From: Lama glama
Taxonomy: Eukaryota
Direction: 5' to 3'
DNA: 64,000 nt
NCBI GenBank assembly: GCA_028534125.1
Contig: CM052817.1
Location: forward strand, 27,592,001 to 27,656,000
The notes below the pieces were generated by a model, which was not told where the DNA came from, ran no database searches, and was given only the letters and a program-made list of their open reading frames with translations. The position numbers and the translations under genes are program-made. Numbering within the stretch: position 1 is the stretch's first letter; every line of letters starts with the position of its first letter. Positions 48,914-61,814 of this stretch are shown piece by piece.

Positions 48914-50518
48914 GTAATCTACCCCCCGACCCCCGATCAGTTTTGAATTAGTATGAAATAATGATTAAGTGCAGTAGAATGCCTTTGTAAAATTGATATT
49001 AAAGAATGGGACCAACATATACCTTCTTGACTATAATACAGGGTTATATATCTGTAGTTGTGTTTTTTAGATCATGACTGGACATGACTTCTAAATCCGT
49101 ATGATTCAGTGAGATGTTAAGCAAGAGTATCTCTGTAGTCACATCGTTAAACACTGCTTCCTTGGTTGCAGTGTTGGGCAATGCCATTAATTTCTGCAGT
49201 TACTGTTGAAAAACAAGAAGACATCTGTTCACTTTTAGTCCCAAGAATAATTTCTTACCAGTAATTAAATTATCCAGTCTCTTATAATAGTCATATGCTA
49301 GAATTGTATTTAAAACTAAAGCTTCCCCTTTCCCTCATTCTGTTAGGAAGCCTACGTTGGGAGAATGGGAGCATGGTTACCTTCTGTATTTTCTCACCTA
49401 AGGGCTTCTATTCTCTCTTACTCCCTAGGCTGCCTCTGGCAGCGTTGAAGGTAGAGATAGGGGACAGAAAAGTACTACTTTACTGGCACCACATCATCTT
49501 GCACGGGTTTCCTCTGGCCTTTGTAGATACTTAAAAGCTGTCTTTTTTTTTCTCTCATGGGAACTTCTTGGAGATTACCCTGCTTGGCTGCTCTGACTGT
49601 AGCTCCCTTGACAAGTGCAGATTGGTCATGTGGCACCTGTCAGCTTCTACATCTCATGGTGTAGTTTTAGACTACAGTGGGAGGAGCCTAGAATTAAGAT
49701 AGAAAAGCTTATATTCTAGTTCTTACTCTGGTATCATTTCTGTATACTCAAGCAAATCACATAGCTTTAGGAAACCTCAAGTTTAACAGAATTATGAGTA
49801 TTGGACTGGGTTAAAAAATTTTAAACATCTTTGTCAGGGAAGCCTAGAGTTCCAAAAAGGTAATATTGAAAATTCTACAGGTGTTTGATTTGAATTTCAT
49901 TTAGAATTTTAAAATATATGTGTTAATTCCTTCTGTACACCTTGGATTAAAGCTATTCTTGGTATCTTTAATTTTAGAGTGTCTGGGATTATAAGGAAAG
50001 TGCAGTTGTCCTCCCCCCCCCCAAAAAAAACTGATTACTGTTTATAACTGTTTATTTTTCTGAGTCAGGGCTGAGAAAGGATTCTCTTGGTACTGGGCAT
50101 ACAAACAAAATCCAGAAGTTACTGTATATGGTTGTGGATCTTACTGCATCTGGTATCCACAACCTTAGATTTCAAATAGTGTTGATTTTGAAGCCCCCCA
50201 AAACTTTTTACTAATTAAATCATTATTCTTTTATGTCATCAGTTTAACTTAGGTCATGGTATAACATTCTTCTGTGTGTGTGTGTGTATTACCCTTCCAA
50301 GTATTAAAAAATGAGATGGCCATCAAAGTTTTAATTTTTGTTTTCTCTTATGAAGACACCAACTATCTCATTGTCCTCGTTTGAACTCTTTCCCATCAAA
50401 ATCCTTATCTGGCTAGGATTTGAATTTATATTTCCATTTTAAATATTAAGACTTTATGCATGAACCATTGTAATTCTTTAGTGAAATATTAACTTATACT
50501 TTAATATTTATTTTCTAG

Positions 50519-50558
50519 GCATATTGTATTTTAGCAGGATCATTGGTATCTGAAGGCG
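50519..50558 (+). CDS. SLC30A9: SLC30A9 coding exon 12
   Basis: ttctag|GC...GGCG|gtatgt; AYCILAGSLVSEG; 40 nt. Confidence 0.96.
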
Positions 50559-50825
50559 GTATGTACTGTCACAGTGTCTGTTTATTCTTAATTTAGCAAT
50601 ATATATTCAGCAGTCCATTTTGATAGATTGCTAAGTTCTGTTGATTAAAGAAAACTGTGGGAATAGGAGTATAAGTTTTGTCTAGCTCAAGGGAGGAAAT
50701 TCTTTGTATAATGTACCATGGTTCTTCCTATAATAGATGGGGCAAGTTTGGAAATGCAATTTTTTTCTTGAGTATAATACCATAATGCTCAGAACATTTG
50801 AAATGGAGTATAAAGACATAACTAT

Positions 50826-50984
50826 TAAAAACAAATTTCTTCTATATAGCACAGGGAACTTATTCAATATCTTGTAATAACCTATAATGAAAAAAATATG
50901 AAAACAAATATATACCTGACTGAAACGTTATGCTGTACACCAGAAATTGACACATTGTAACTGACTATATGTCAGTTTAAAAAA
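50826..50984 (+). mobile_element. Short LINE-1 3' tail
   Basis: tatagcacagggaacttattcaatatcttgtaataacc...tgctgtacaccagaaattgacacattgtaactgac. Confidence 0.85.
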
Positions 50985-51554
50985 TGACCTATCTATGTAA
51001 TGAGTTTTTAAAAATCAGGTTTTAATAGTGTTAATCAGAGAAGACTGTCTCTTTGCATTTCAAATATTTTAAAGTTTCTGAAACTTTCAGTTATAGCAGT
51101 ATTTTGACAGAGAAGTGCTAATCCCATATCATGTATGAAACTGCCTAATTCACTGCTGTACTCATGTTTACTTCTAAAACATTGTTATTTTTTATGCATT
51201 GTGTTCCCTTCGTCTTTGACAGTCTTGTAAGATGATGGTAACACCACTTGCCTCAGAAGGCCGGGGGGATCAAAAGTGATTCTGCTTAGTGTGATGCCTA
51301 CCAACTAGTGTAATAAATTAAGGCTGTTGTGGTAGTAATGATATTTAAATTATTGCGGTTTAGAAATACGGGGTTCATTATATTATAATGATTAATTGGG
51401 GTCTTGATAGTGACTAGTTTAATATAGAGCTTTTCCTTATTGACAGCCCTTAGCATTTAAGCATTGTGCCTGTTTGCTTATCTCTTGAGATGCCATCTTT
51501 AAAGTTTGAAGGCATGAAGTTTCTTCCTTGCTGATATGAATGCTTTTCTTTCAG

Positions 51555-51626
51555 CAACACTTCTTGTTGCTGTAAATGAACTTCGTAGGAGTGCTCGGGC
51601 CAAAGGAATGTCATTTTACAAGTATG
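51555..51626 (+). CDS. SLC30A9: SLC30A9 coding exon 13
   Basis: tttcag|CA...TATG|gtatgt; (A)TLLVAVNELRRSARAKGMSFYKY; 72 nt. Confidence 0.97.
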
Positions 51627-52064
51627 GTATGTATTTTAGAGACCCAGGTGTATTATATTATCTTCCTTATTTGCTTAAAACTGCCTAGTGCTATTGCTTT
51701 GTTCCGCATAGATGTGTACAAAATATATCTCAGTGTCTTCCCTATGTGCATCTTACTTACGTATCATCTCTTTTAAAAAGAGAAATGTAGTGTAATTTGA
51801 ACAGGAATACTTCATATTTGGAAGTGAACTACAGTATTTCTGTATATGCTTATATAACTTGAGAAAGTAATTTGACTCCAAATATCAGTTATTAACATTT
51901 AAACCAAGACATTATGTTTATAATGAAGAGGGTTTTCAAAATCAGGATCTCTTACATTTCTAAATCTTAATTTTAATTTAATTAATTTAACAGATACTCA
52001 TTAAAATGTTACCTGATAGTATCCAATTAAGATTTCTTTTCTTGTTTCTACCCAAATGATTAAG

Positions 52065-52172
52065 TGATGGAAAGTCGTGACCCTAGTACAAATGTTATAT
52101 TATTGGAGGATACTGCAGCAGTGTTGGGAGTGATCATAGCAGCCACTTGTATGGGCCTTACTTCTCTAACAG
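52065..52172 (+). CDS. SLC30A9: SLC30A9 coding exon 14 (TM5, VILLED)
   Basis: attaag|TG...ACAG|gtaaat; (V)MESRDPSTNVILLEDTAAVLGVIIAATCMGLTSLT; 108 nt. Confidence 0.95.
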
Positions 52173-53726
52173 GTAAATATTTTTTATATTACAGGTGATA
52201 TATTGTGCTACTTAAATAATTCCCTAGTATGTGGGGATTTTTCTTTATATCATTGGATAATTATAAACCAATATATTGTTAAATGTGAATTTCATACTAA
52301 CCATTTGTTTATATAAGAGAAGACAGTAAAAGTATTCAGATTTCTCTGAGTTAGAAATTTCTCTTAATTAGAAATAAAGAAGGCTACTAATAGAACATTT
52401 CTGTAATGCTCTAAACCCTTCTAGCTGTGCCTTAATAAATTATACAGCTACTCAGAGCTTTAAGTTCTTTACTATAAAGATATTGATAATATTTATCCTA
52501 GTGACTTCATAGGTTTAAGGTAATATATGAGAGAGAACTTTAATAAACTCTAAAGTTCGAAATAAATATGTATTGTGTGTGGCTCATGTTCATTTGTCTT
52601 TTTCCACTATTAGTGCCAATGATAATTGTTGTTACTTCCCTGTTTCTTGACTATAGTTTCTTCCATCCTCATTTTGGTAGCTAGTTAAATGTTTTGAAAA
52701 CCAGTGCAGTACAGGTTGATAAGAAGACAGAAAAATCATTTTATTTTTATCTTCTAAACCAAAAGAACCGTTCAGTATGAAAAGACTCAGTTTCTGAGGT
52801 TGGAATTCTCTTGGAATGATACTTACTCCATTCTTACCTGTTTGTCCTTGCATATTTAAAATAATTTTAGGTGATGAGCTTTCACAGTTCTGTAGTATTT
52901 CTTAGAATATTCTGAAATATGAATAGGTCTTTCTCATTTTGAATGTACATTTTAAGGTTAAGCCAGCATTCTTTGATGTTCACTGTGATCCAAAATATTT
53001 CTAAACGTATTTTGATTATTTTTCTGGTTGACCTTATCATTTTGGACATTTCTAGAACTAAATGATTACTTAGCAAAATTTTAGGCTTAGGGAGAGTGTG
53101 ACTTGATCAATAAATAAGTCAACTTTTAATAAATTATTCTTTTTACTTAGTAATATAAACCAGTCAAATCAACCTTCTAAAATTTTTTGAGTTTCTCATT
53201 TTTACTTAGTTGAATTGATTCATTTAAACTAAATGACATGCCAAGAAATAAATATTTTCCAGCTAATAATCCTATGATTTCTGTAGGCTTATTAATACAT
53301 GTATACTTTTAAATAAAGATGATATAAATTTGAATTTTTAAAAAGCAGTATTTGATTTTGAACTCTATAATTACAAACTTCCTAGTGAATTGTGTTTTAC
53401 AAATGGTCATTTTAAAAATTTAGTAGTACAGATAAGTTACCCATTTTTTAGTGTTATATTTTGACTAAATGTCATAAAGTAATCTAAATTGAAAATTATA
53501 GTGTAAATTTTAGTAAAATATTAAGCATTAGTTTTTATCAAGCATTAAGAAAGTTAAAGTTAACATTGACATTTAGTCTTTGGAATAAAAAGATTTCTAA
53601 TTATAAAAGCCTTATGTCTAAAATTTATTATAAATATTTAAAATATAATATTTATTGATATCTGTTGTATAAATATCAACTCATACATTCTCATTGGTTC
53701 TGGAAGAAAATAAAGCCCTAAAAACC

Positions 53727-53906
53727 TAAGGCAAACTGTAGAATCAGAATCACCAGGAGGGAATGAGAAGACACAGTGTACTAGACCCCACCTCCAGATT
53801 TCTAATTCAGAAGATCTCCAGTGAGACCTGAGATTTGTGTTTCTACCAAGTTCTTGAGTGTCACTGGTGTTACTGGTCAAGGGACCTCACTTTGAGAACC
53901 ACTGCT
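53727..53906. mobile_element. MER5A-like hAT element
   Basis: atcagaatcaccaggagg...ccccacctccagatttctaattcag...cactttgagaaccactgc. Confidence 0.7.
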
Positions 53907-54485
53907 GTAAGGTAGCCATTGTGTGCAATGAATTAACTTCTCCTTCCACACGTTCTCACGCACGTGTCTGTCTGTCTGTCTGGAATGGTACTAGCTATGT
54001 ATCATTCTTGGTTGAATGAGATAAGAGGGACTCATATCATTTTTTTGTATGGCTTAATTCTTTCACAGAACCTTTGTAAGAAAAAGATATAAAAGCGGTT
54101 ATTTCGGCTTTTTATCTTATAATTATTTTATCAACCTGGGATAGGAGATTTGCTACTGATACATAAAAAAGAAATGGACTTTTTAAAAAGAAATTGTTAA
54201 TATGTGTATCATGTCTCTAATCTAAAAATGCTCTCTGAACCCTGATCCGTGTCACCAGATACACGAAACAGGTCATAAATAAACTGCATGATACGCCTAT
54301 GTAATATGAAGCAAGTTGTAGCATTCCTATTTTGTAGTATAGTCAGACTCTTAGGAGAAAGTTATTAAAGGAATTAGGAACGAATTTCAAGTACCTTGAT
54401 TTACTAATTCTGGTTCTTTGCTTACTGAAGCTCATTGAAATAATAGAAAATGTTAATTTACTGACTTTTTATGTGCTTTATTTAG

Positions 54486-54651
54486 GCAATCCACTGTATG
54501 ACAGCCTAGGTTCTTTGGGTGTGGGCACCTTGTTAGGCGTGGTCTCAGCATTCCTCATCTACACTAACACAGAAGCACTCTTAGGGCGATCCATCCAGCC
54601 AGAGCAAGTACAGCGGCTTACTGAACTACTGGAGAACGACCCATCAGTAAG
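54486..54651 (+). CDS. SLC30A9: SLC30A9 coding exon 15 (TM6, LxxLL motif LTELL)
   Basis: atttag|GC...TAAG|gtcagc; (G)NPLYDSLGSLGVGTLLGVVSAFLIYTNTEALLGRSIQPEQVQRLTELLENDPSV; 166 nt; overlaps track ORF 54473..54697. Confidence 0.97.
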
Positions 54652-55519
54652 GTCAGCTTATTCCAATGATGCTGTTAAGGTCACAAAAACATGTTAAGAA
54701 ATAGACATGTTTGTCTTGTTAATACTTCCAGAAGAGGTTTTGGATCCCTAGCCTTCAGAACTTTTTAATTGATTACTTTTCAGAATTGCAACTTTAAAAG
54801 AAAGCAAGTGAAAGCATTTTGGAAACTCCCTGTTTCCTTTTAAATTCTGTGTAACTTTAATTTTTAGAATAAGGAGTAGTTAGATGATTAACGGGAATAG
54901 AATTTTGTAAAGTATTTGTCTCTTTAATGTAGAATCACTTATGTGGAACCTTCATATTTATATTTGCCTTATATCTGAATTTTAATTACAAATTAAATAT
55001 ATTAAACTTAAGATTTTTATTCATGGAAAGTCATTACCAAACTGAATATAATTTATAGTTAAAAACAGACTTTTGTTTTAGCTTATTTTAAAAATCTTCC
55101 CTTATATTTCTTATCTTTAAATGATATAAAGAACTTAAGACTTAGGAGGTTATAAGACGAGATGGAGAGTTCTAATAGGACTTTTTAGTGAACTTCAGCA
55201 GCAGTGTAGTTTCAGAGTGAAGTGGAAGGAACAATCTTAAAATTCTAGTTTTCTACTACCTACCTACATATATATATGTATATTTATAAAACTTTAAAAT
55301 AAGAATATATTTTTCTCTTGTTATAATTAAAATCTTTTAGTTAAATCCTTTAAAAATGACTTGTATATGTGAATCAAAAGAACGCATGATTAATTGATTA
55401 CTAGATTTATATTTTAAGCCCTGTGTGTTTACTCTTAAAAGTAGTTACCTAGCTGGGTCAAGATTAGAAGCTGAGCATTCTTAGAATCAGTATTAGGCTT
55501 AGTTAACTTAATGTGAGAT

Positions 55520-56790
55520 AATCCATATCAATATCCTTTCCTTGTGATGTCTTCGGTTTTGTTATCAAGGTAATACTGACCATATGGAATGAGTTGGAAA
55601 ATATATCCCTTTCTTCTGTTTTTTTAGAAGAGTTTGTGAAGAGTTGGTATTATTTCTTCTTTAGATGTTTGGTAGATTTCAGCAGTAATGCCACCTGGGC
55701 ATGGGCTTTTATGTTCTTTAAATGTTTGGTAGAATTCAGCAGTGATGCTATTTGGGCATGAGCTTTTCTGTGTGGTACATTTTTTGATTACTTATTCTGT
55801 CTCTTATTGTAGGTCTGTTCAGATTGTTTCTTCTTGTGTCAGTTTCAGTAGTTCATATCTTTCCAGAAATTTGTCCATTACTTCTAAATGGTCTAATTTG
55901 TTGGCATATGGCTGTTCCTAGCAGTCCTTTGTAATCCTTTATATTTCTTTAGGGTTAGTAGCAGTGTCTCCTCTTTCATTTCTGATTCTAGTAATTTGGA
56001 TCTTCTTTTTTTTTTCTTGATCAGCCCAGCTAAAGATTTGTCCATTTTGTTGATCTTTTCAGAGAACTAGTTTTTGGTTTAGTTGATTTTCTGTTGTTAG
56101 TTTCTTCTCCTTTTCATGACTTGCTGCTCTGATTCTAATTTCCTTCTTTCTGCTTGCTTTAGGTTTAGCTGCTCTTTTTCCAGTGTCTTAAGCTAGTAGG
56201 TTAAGTTTTTGGTTTGATATCTCTTCTTTTTTTAGTACAGGCTTTTACAGTTACAAATTTCTTTCTAAGTACTGCTTTACTGCATTCCTATAAATTTTGG
56301 TATGTTGTATCTTCATCTTCATTCACTTCAAAGTATTTTTGAATTTTACTTTACATTTTTTTCTTTGGCTGTTGGTTATTTAGGAATGTGTTGTTTAATT
56401 TCCACATATTTGTGAGTTTCTTAAATATCTTTCTGTTATTTCTAATTTCATTCCATTGTGGTTGCAGAACATTCTATTTATTATTTCTGTCCTTTTAAAT
56501 TTACTGTTTTATGGCCTAGTATATGATCTATCTTGGATAATGTTCCATGTGTACTTGAGAAGGATGTCTATTCTACTGTTGTGTGGAGTGTTGGGTGTAT
56601 GTTAGACTTAGTTGGCTTATAGTGTTCAAGTTTTTTGTTTCCCTGTTGGTCTTCTTGCCTAGTTGTTCTGTTATTGAAGTCTCCAGCTGTTATTGTTGAA
56701 TTGCCTGTTTCTCGTATCATGTCTGTCACTTTTTGCTTCATGTATTTTGTTAACCTTTTATTAGGTATATGAACGTTTATAATTTTGCAT
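55520..56790 (-). mobile_element. Old LINE-1 ORF2 (endonuclease-region) fragment
   Basis: Track ORF 56568..56846 contains the EN-like remnants IINVHIPN...KYMKQK...TITAGDFN. Confidence 0.85.
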
Positions 56791-56942
56791 ATATTGTTCA
56801 TAGTTAAAATCTGAAGAAAGCTGTATATGGAAAGACTTACTGGCAAACTTGAAATTTTCTGGAAGGGTGAAGATCTGTAGATTGAATTGTTGGAGAAAAT
56901 AAATGTTAGTAATCCAGAAAGCTCATATGGTTTTTCAAACCA

Positions 56943-57430
56943 TGTATTAGTTATCTGTTGTTTTATGACAAATTACCCCAAAACTTAGTGATTTAAAACA
57001 ACATTTATTACCTCACAGCTTCTATGGGTCAGGAATCTGGGCATGATTTACGTAGGTCCTCTACTTCAGAATTTCTCACAGTCAAGGTATTGGCTGGGGC
57101 AGTAATCATCTCCTGGGGAAAGATCTGCTTGTAAACTTAACATAATTATTGACAAGATTTAGTTTCTTCCCAACTGGGGCTCTCCCAACGTGGTAGCCTG
57201 CTAAATCAAAGTATGCATACTGAGAAAGAAATAGATAGTGAATATGAACAAGATAAAAGTCACAGATCAGTCATCTAACCCTGGAAATAACATCTCATCA
57301 TTTTGCCATATTCTGTTGGTTAGGAGCAAATCATTAGATCTAGCCCACACTGAAGGAGAGAGGACTACACAAGGGCTGGAACGCAGGAGGGAAGGATCGT
57401 TGGGAGCCATGACAGAAGCTGCCTATCATA
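56943..57430. mobile_element. MLT1-type MaLR LTR
   Basis: tgtattagttatctgttg...acaaattaccccaaaacttagtgatttaaaacaacatttattacctcacagcttctatgggtcaggaatctgggca. Confidence 0.8.
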
Positions 57431-58376
57431 ATTGTCTGCAGTTAGTTACATATAAGCATGTAAGGAAAAAGTATATCAGAATGTTTTCATTAGCTGTTAT
57501 CTAAGTATTAGTCAAACAGTGAGATTTTTAAATATTTTGTTAAGACTGAGGTAGATACGCTTTTTTTAAATGAATTAATTATATAACCTCTTACCAATCT
57601 GGACAAGTTTCATTTCAACTTATGCATACATAACTTCATAAATGTTAAATCATTAGTTCTTATTTTCATCTATAATTCTTCACTTATGTGGGTAAAGAAT
57701 TTGGACACCCCGTATTTAGTAACTTGCTTAAGATCACTCACAAATTAGGGTCAGATGTTTTAAGAGTATTTGGAATCTCATTTAGGCTTGTTTTTCCAGT
57801 AGGAAATCTCTGTGCCCTCAGAATTCAGAGTGTTTTTTATTTTCTTTTGTATCCTGTAAAGAAAAGATGTTATATTGATTACCATAGAAAGAAAGGAATT
57901 TCTCAACAGTTTTCTGGGGAAGATTGACTCCTCAGGTGTAGGGCAGGAGGGATGGGAAGCAGTTCTGCTTGAACATCTGCTTCCCTTTCTGGAAGGCAGA
58001 ATGGTGTAAAGGAAAGACCACACTGGGCTTGGGTATCTGAAGATCTGGGATGAGTCTCTGCTCTTGACTAGACGAATTGCCTTAGGCAGGTCACTTATGC
58101 CCCCAGGACTGTTTTATCATAAAGATGCCATGTTAATCTATTTTATGAATGTCATTCATTAAGTGCCTACTATATAGCTGGTACCATATTAAACTTTTTT
58201 ATATATGCTGGTTTGTTATTCCCCACATCAGTCCCATTAGTTACTATTAACCTTACTGTAATAAGGGTACTTCACAGAGTTGTGTGATGACTTTTACAGA
58301 AGATATTGACAACAGGAAAAAAGGATTATGAGATAAAGTGACAGTCTTTTGGAAAAGCAATTTAGAGTTGATTTTT

Positions 58377-58529
58377 CTGTTTGTTTTTTAAATTTTTATT
58401 TTATTTTTTCATTTGGGGGAAGGCAGTTACGTTTTTATTTATTTATCTTTTAATAGAGGTACTGGGAATTGAACCCAGGACCTTGTGCATGCTGGGCATG
58501 CACTTTACCACTGAACTATACCCTCCCCC
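58377..58529 (-). mobile_element. tRNA-Ala-derived SINE
   Basis: Reverse tRNA head; TSD tagagttgattttt / tagagttgactttt. Confidence 0.88.
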
Positions 58530-58815
58530 TAGAGTTGACTTTTTTTAATCCAAACTATTTAACTATATATATACAAATTACCATGAAACAATATTTGTTA
58601 AGTTTGCACCTTTGATAGTATTGTGTTATGCAGAAAAAGCTAAATGAACATTTGTTTGGAAAATGATAGGTGGCACTTAATGGTAAATACTCTGAAAGCC
58701 GTCTTAGTCCATTTTCGTCACTGTTGGAGAAAAATAAGAATTCTAGACTTCATGCCATTAAAATGTAGGTGTATGTGTGTGTATATAAATTTTTATGCAT
58801 TGTTATTGATTGCAG

Positions 58816-58945
58816 GGCAATTCATGATGTTAAAGCCACAGATCTGGGATTAGGGAAAGTAAGATTTAAGGCAGAAGTAGATTTCGATGGACGAGTTGTT
58901 ACAAGATCATATTTGGAAAAACAAGATTTTGACCAACTGCTACAA
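58816..58945 (+). CDS. SLC30A9: SLC30A9 coding exon 16
   Basis: ttgcag|GG...ACAA|gtaagt; (R)AIHDVKATDLGLGKVRFKAEVDFDGRVVTRSYLEKQDFDQLLQ; 130 nt. Confidence 0.97.
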
Positions 58946-60808
58946 GTAAGTTTATGTATTTATTTGATTTCACATATAGCCAAGGGTTCGACAGATTACC
59001 TCTTAAGTAAATAAAATAAAACTGTTTCATTTATAGGTCTTAAACTCACTTCAGCTTTCAACTTCTTAGGGTTCCAAAACTTGACAAAGACCCTTTTATT
59101 TACTGTAAAAGTGGTTCAGAGGAGATAGCAGAAGAGCAAACTTATTATTAAAGTGATTGTTATGTGCCAGGTATTTTATATACGTTACCTAATTTACTCT
59201 CAACAACCTGTGAGGTAAAGAAATATTTTCATATATATATATATATGTATGTATATATATTTGTAAATCTAGACACAGAAAGATGAAGTAACTTGCCTAA
59301 AATTGCAGCTCCATAATATGGAGTCAGTTATGAATTTAGATCTCTGACTCCAGAACCCATTTTTTTTATTAAGAGTACTTTAAAAGAAAATTGATGGAGG
59401 GTAATACAGTAAACAGAGCAGATGTTACCACTTGCCTTTGTCAAATATTAATATTTTACTGTACTTGTATTTGCTTAGGATCTTTAAAAAAAAAACAAAG
59501 AAATCATTACAAAAATAGTTAGAGCCCTTGTTTCTCCTTCTAGATCCCAGTCGCCTTCCTCCATCCACAGAACTAACAATTTTCTTGAATTTAGTACCTG
59601 TCATTTCCATTCAGGCTTTTATATTTTTTAATGTATTTTTCTTAGCACAATATATAATAACATTTTAGATGTTTAAAAATTGATATAAATGGTTTAATGT
59701 CATATAATTCCCTCTATAATTTGCTTAACAGCATCTTTTTGAGATTCTCCCATGTTTATATACATATATATACATATATATGGACATGTTGTACATAACA
59801 TGTCCACTTGATGGACAGTTATATTGTTTCCATTGTTAAACTATTGGAAATCATGCCACAAGTAGCATTCTCATATGAGTTTCCTTGTTCACATGTGCAA
59901 GAATTTCTTTAGGGTAGTACATAGCTAGATTTAAAATAGGTGGGCCATTGGGTGAACATATCTTCAACAGATTTTGGCAAATTGTTCTCCAGACTGTGTC
60001 AGTTTAACTTCCACCATCAATGTATGAAAATTTCTATTGCTTCACTTTCTTACTAGATTGTATTCATAGAGTTTTGAAATTTTTATCGTTATGATGGTTG
60101 GGAAATAGTATCTTGTTGCTTTAATTTATATTACCCTGGTAGTAGTGAGGTTAATATGCATGGAAATGTATTGGACATTGGTATTCCCTCTACTTGCTTC
60201 TTTGTTTGTTTAGTGTCTCATATTCTGACAGATTTGTAAGCATTTTATTTTTAACATACTGGTTACTAATCCTTTCTCAGTTGTGTATATGCAGATAACT
60301 TTCTACTTTGTGATTACCATTCCATTTTGTTGTCGTATAAAAGATTTAATGTCATTTTTAATTTTATGTCAAATAGGCTTTTAAGTATCTTGCTTAGAAG
60401 ACCCTTCCTTATCCCGTTATCATAAAAATATTTTTTCTTCTAATATTTTATGTTTTTTTTTTTAACCATTAAGTTTTCAGTCCACTTAGAATTATTTGTT
60501 TAACGGTCTGAGCTAGGGATTTAGTCTTTTTTTCCTATAGAAAATGAGTTTCCCTGGCTATTCATTGAATAGTCTATTCTTTTCCCACTAATTTTGTAAT
60601 GCTACCTCTGTGGAGCATTGTACTCAATTTTTTCTTGAACTGAGGTTTTTTGGAAATAGGTGGTCTATAGTGCTTATGGCTTGAAAGTTTTCCATTTTTC
60701 ATTAAACTTAATGGTGTTTGTTATAATTATTAAAAGAAATTATCAGTGTACCGCTGTGATTTTATTTTTAAGAATTTATTTTGTTTTCTGCTATCATTCT
60801 CTTTATAG

Positions 60809-60922
60809 GAAATTCAAGAAGTGAAAACTCCTGAAGAACTAGAAACCTTTATGCTTAAACATGGAGAAAATATTATTGATACATTAGGAGCTGAAGTTGA
60901 TAGACTTGAGAGGGAACTGAAA
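60809..60922 (+). CDS. SLC30A9: SLC30A9 coding exon 17 (gene continues beyond the window)
   Basis: ttatag|GA...GAAA|gtaaga; EIQEVKTPEELETFMLKHGENIIDTLGAEVDRLERELK; 114 nt; no stop codon yet. Confidence 0.97.
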
Positions 60923-61814
60923 GTAAGATGTGTTCATTATAATAATGTAATAGCAATATCAGCTATTTTTTGATTGCTTATCAGTGTCAGGCACTTTGCT
61001 AACTATATCACTTGTATATTTTTATCTTCTTAGTAACCCCATGATTTATTGGTTGTTATGGGTGAGAAAATGACTGGGTTAGAAAAGTTGGATAATTTAC
61101 TCAAGGAAGTAGGGGACTTGGGATTTGAGCTTTTGTTCTTTGTTGTTCCATTCCAAATTCTGTGCTTGTAACCACTATTCTCTACTGCTTGCTTCATTTC
61201 TAAAATAGTCAAAGGATTTTTGTTTGTTTGTTTGTTTGTCTTTAAATAAGAAGAATTTTAAAAGTTTCTAGAGAAAGGTAAAGGGAAACTTTAGACTGTT
61301 CAAAAGTTCAAAAAAAAATAAGAGTGTGACCTTAAACATATACATACGTCTTGCTTTAGTCCATCTGATAGTATTTTTTTTTTCCATCTGATAGTATTTT
61401 ATATTTTCTGTTTGTTTCTGTTCCGTTGGAGATCATTACAACCTATTGGCTTTTTACTGAAATATTACCTTATCAGACTGCCTCTAAAAATATCTCAGTA
61501 TTCTCAAATTGTCATTTATTGACATTTGAGTTCTAATTGTTTACAATGAAAAAAACTTGTAAATGATCTTTAACATTTATAACTTGTTGAAGGCAATAAT
61601 ACATTTTCTTCAGTTGATGCTGGTCATTCTTTAGTTTCGTTAAAAATTCAAGAGAAACAAAGACAAAACTTGAAGGAAAACATTTCTATCTCTAATTTTA
61701 CTCTTTAGAATCTAAATCTCTGATCTTATTAATAGAAGTGCTTCAAATAAGATGATTTTGTTAATGTAATATTATAGTACATAGGCTTATTTGGCATGAT
61801 TTTCAGAGTTTCTT

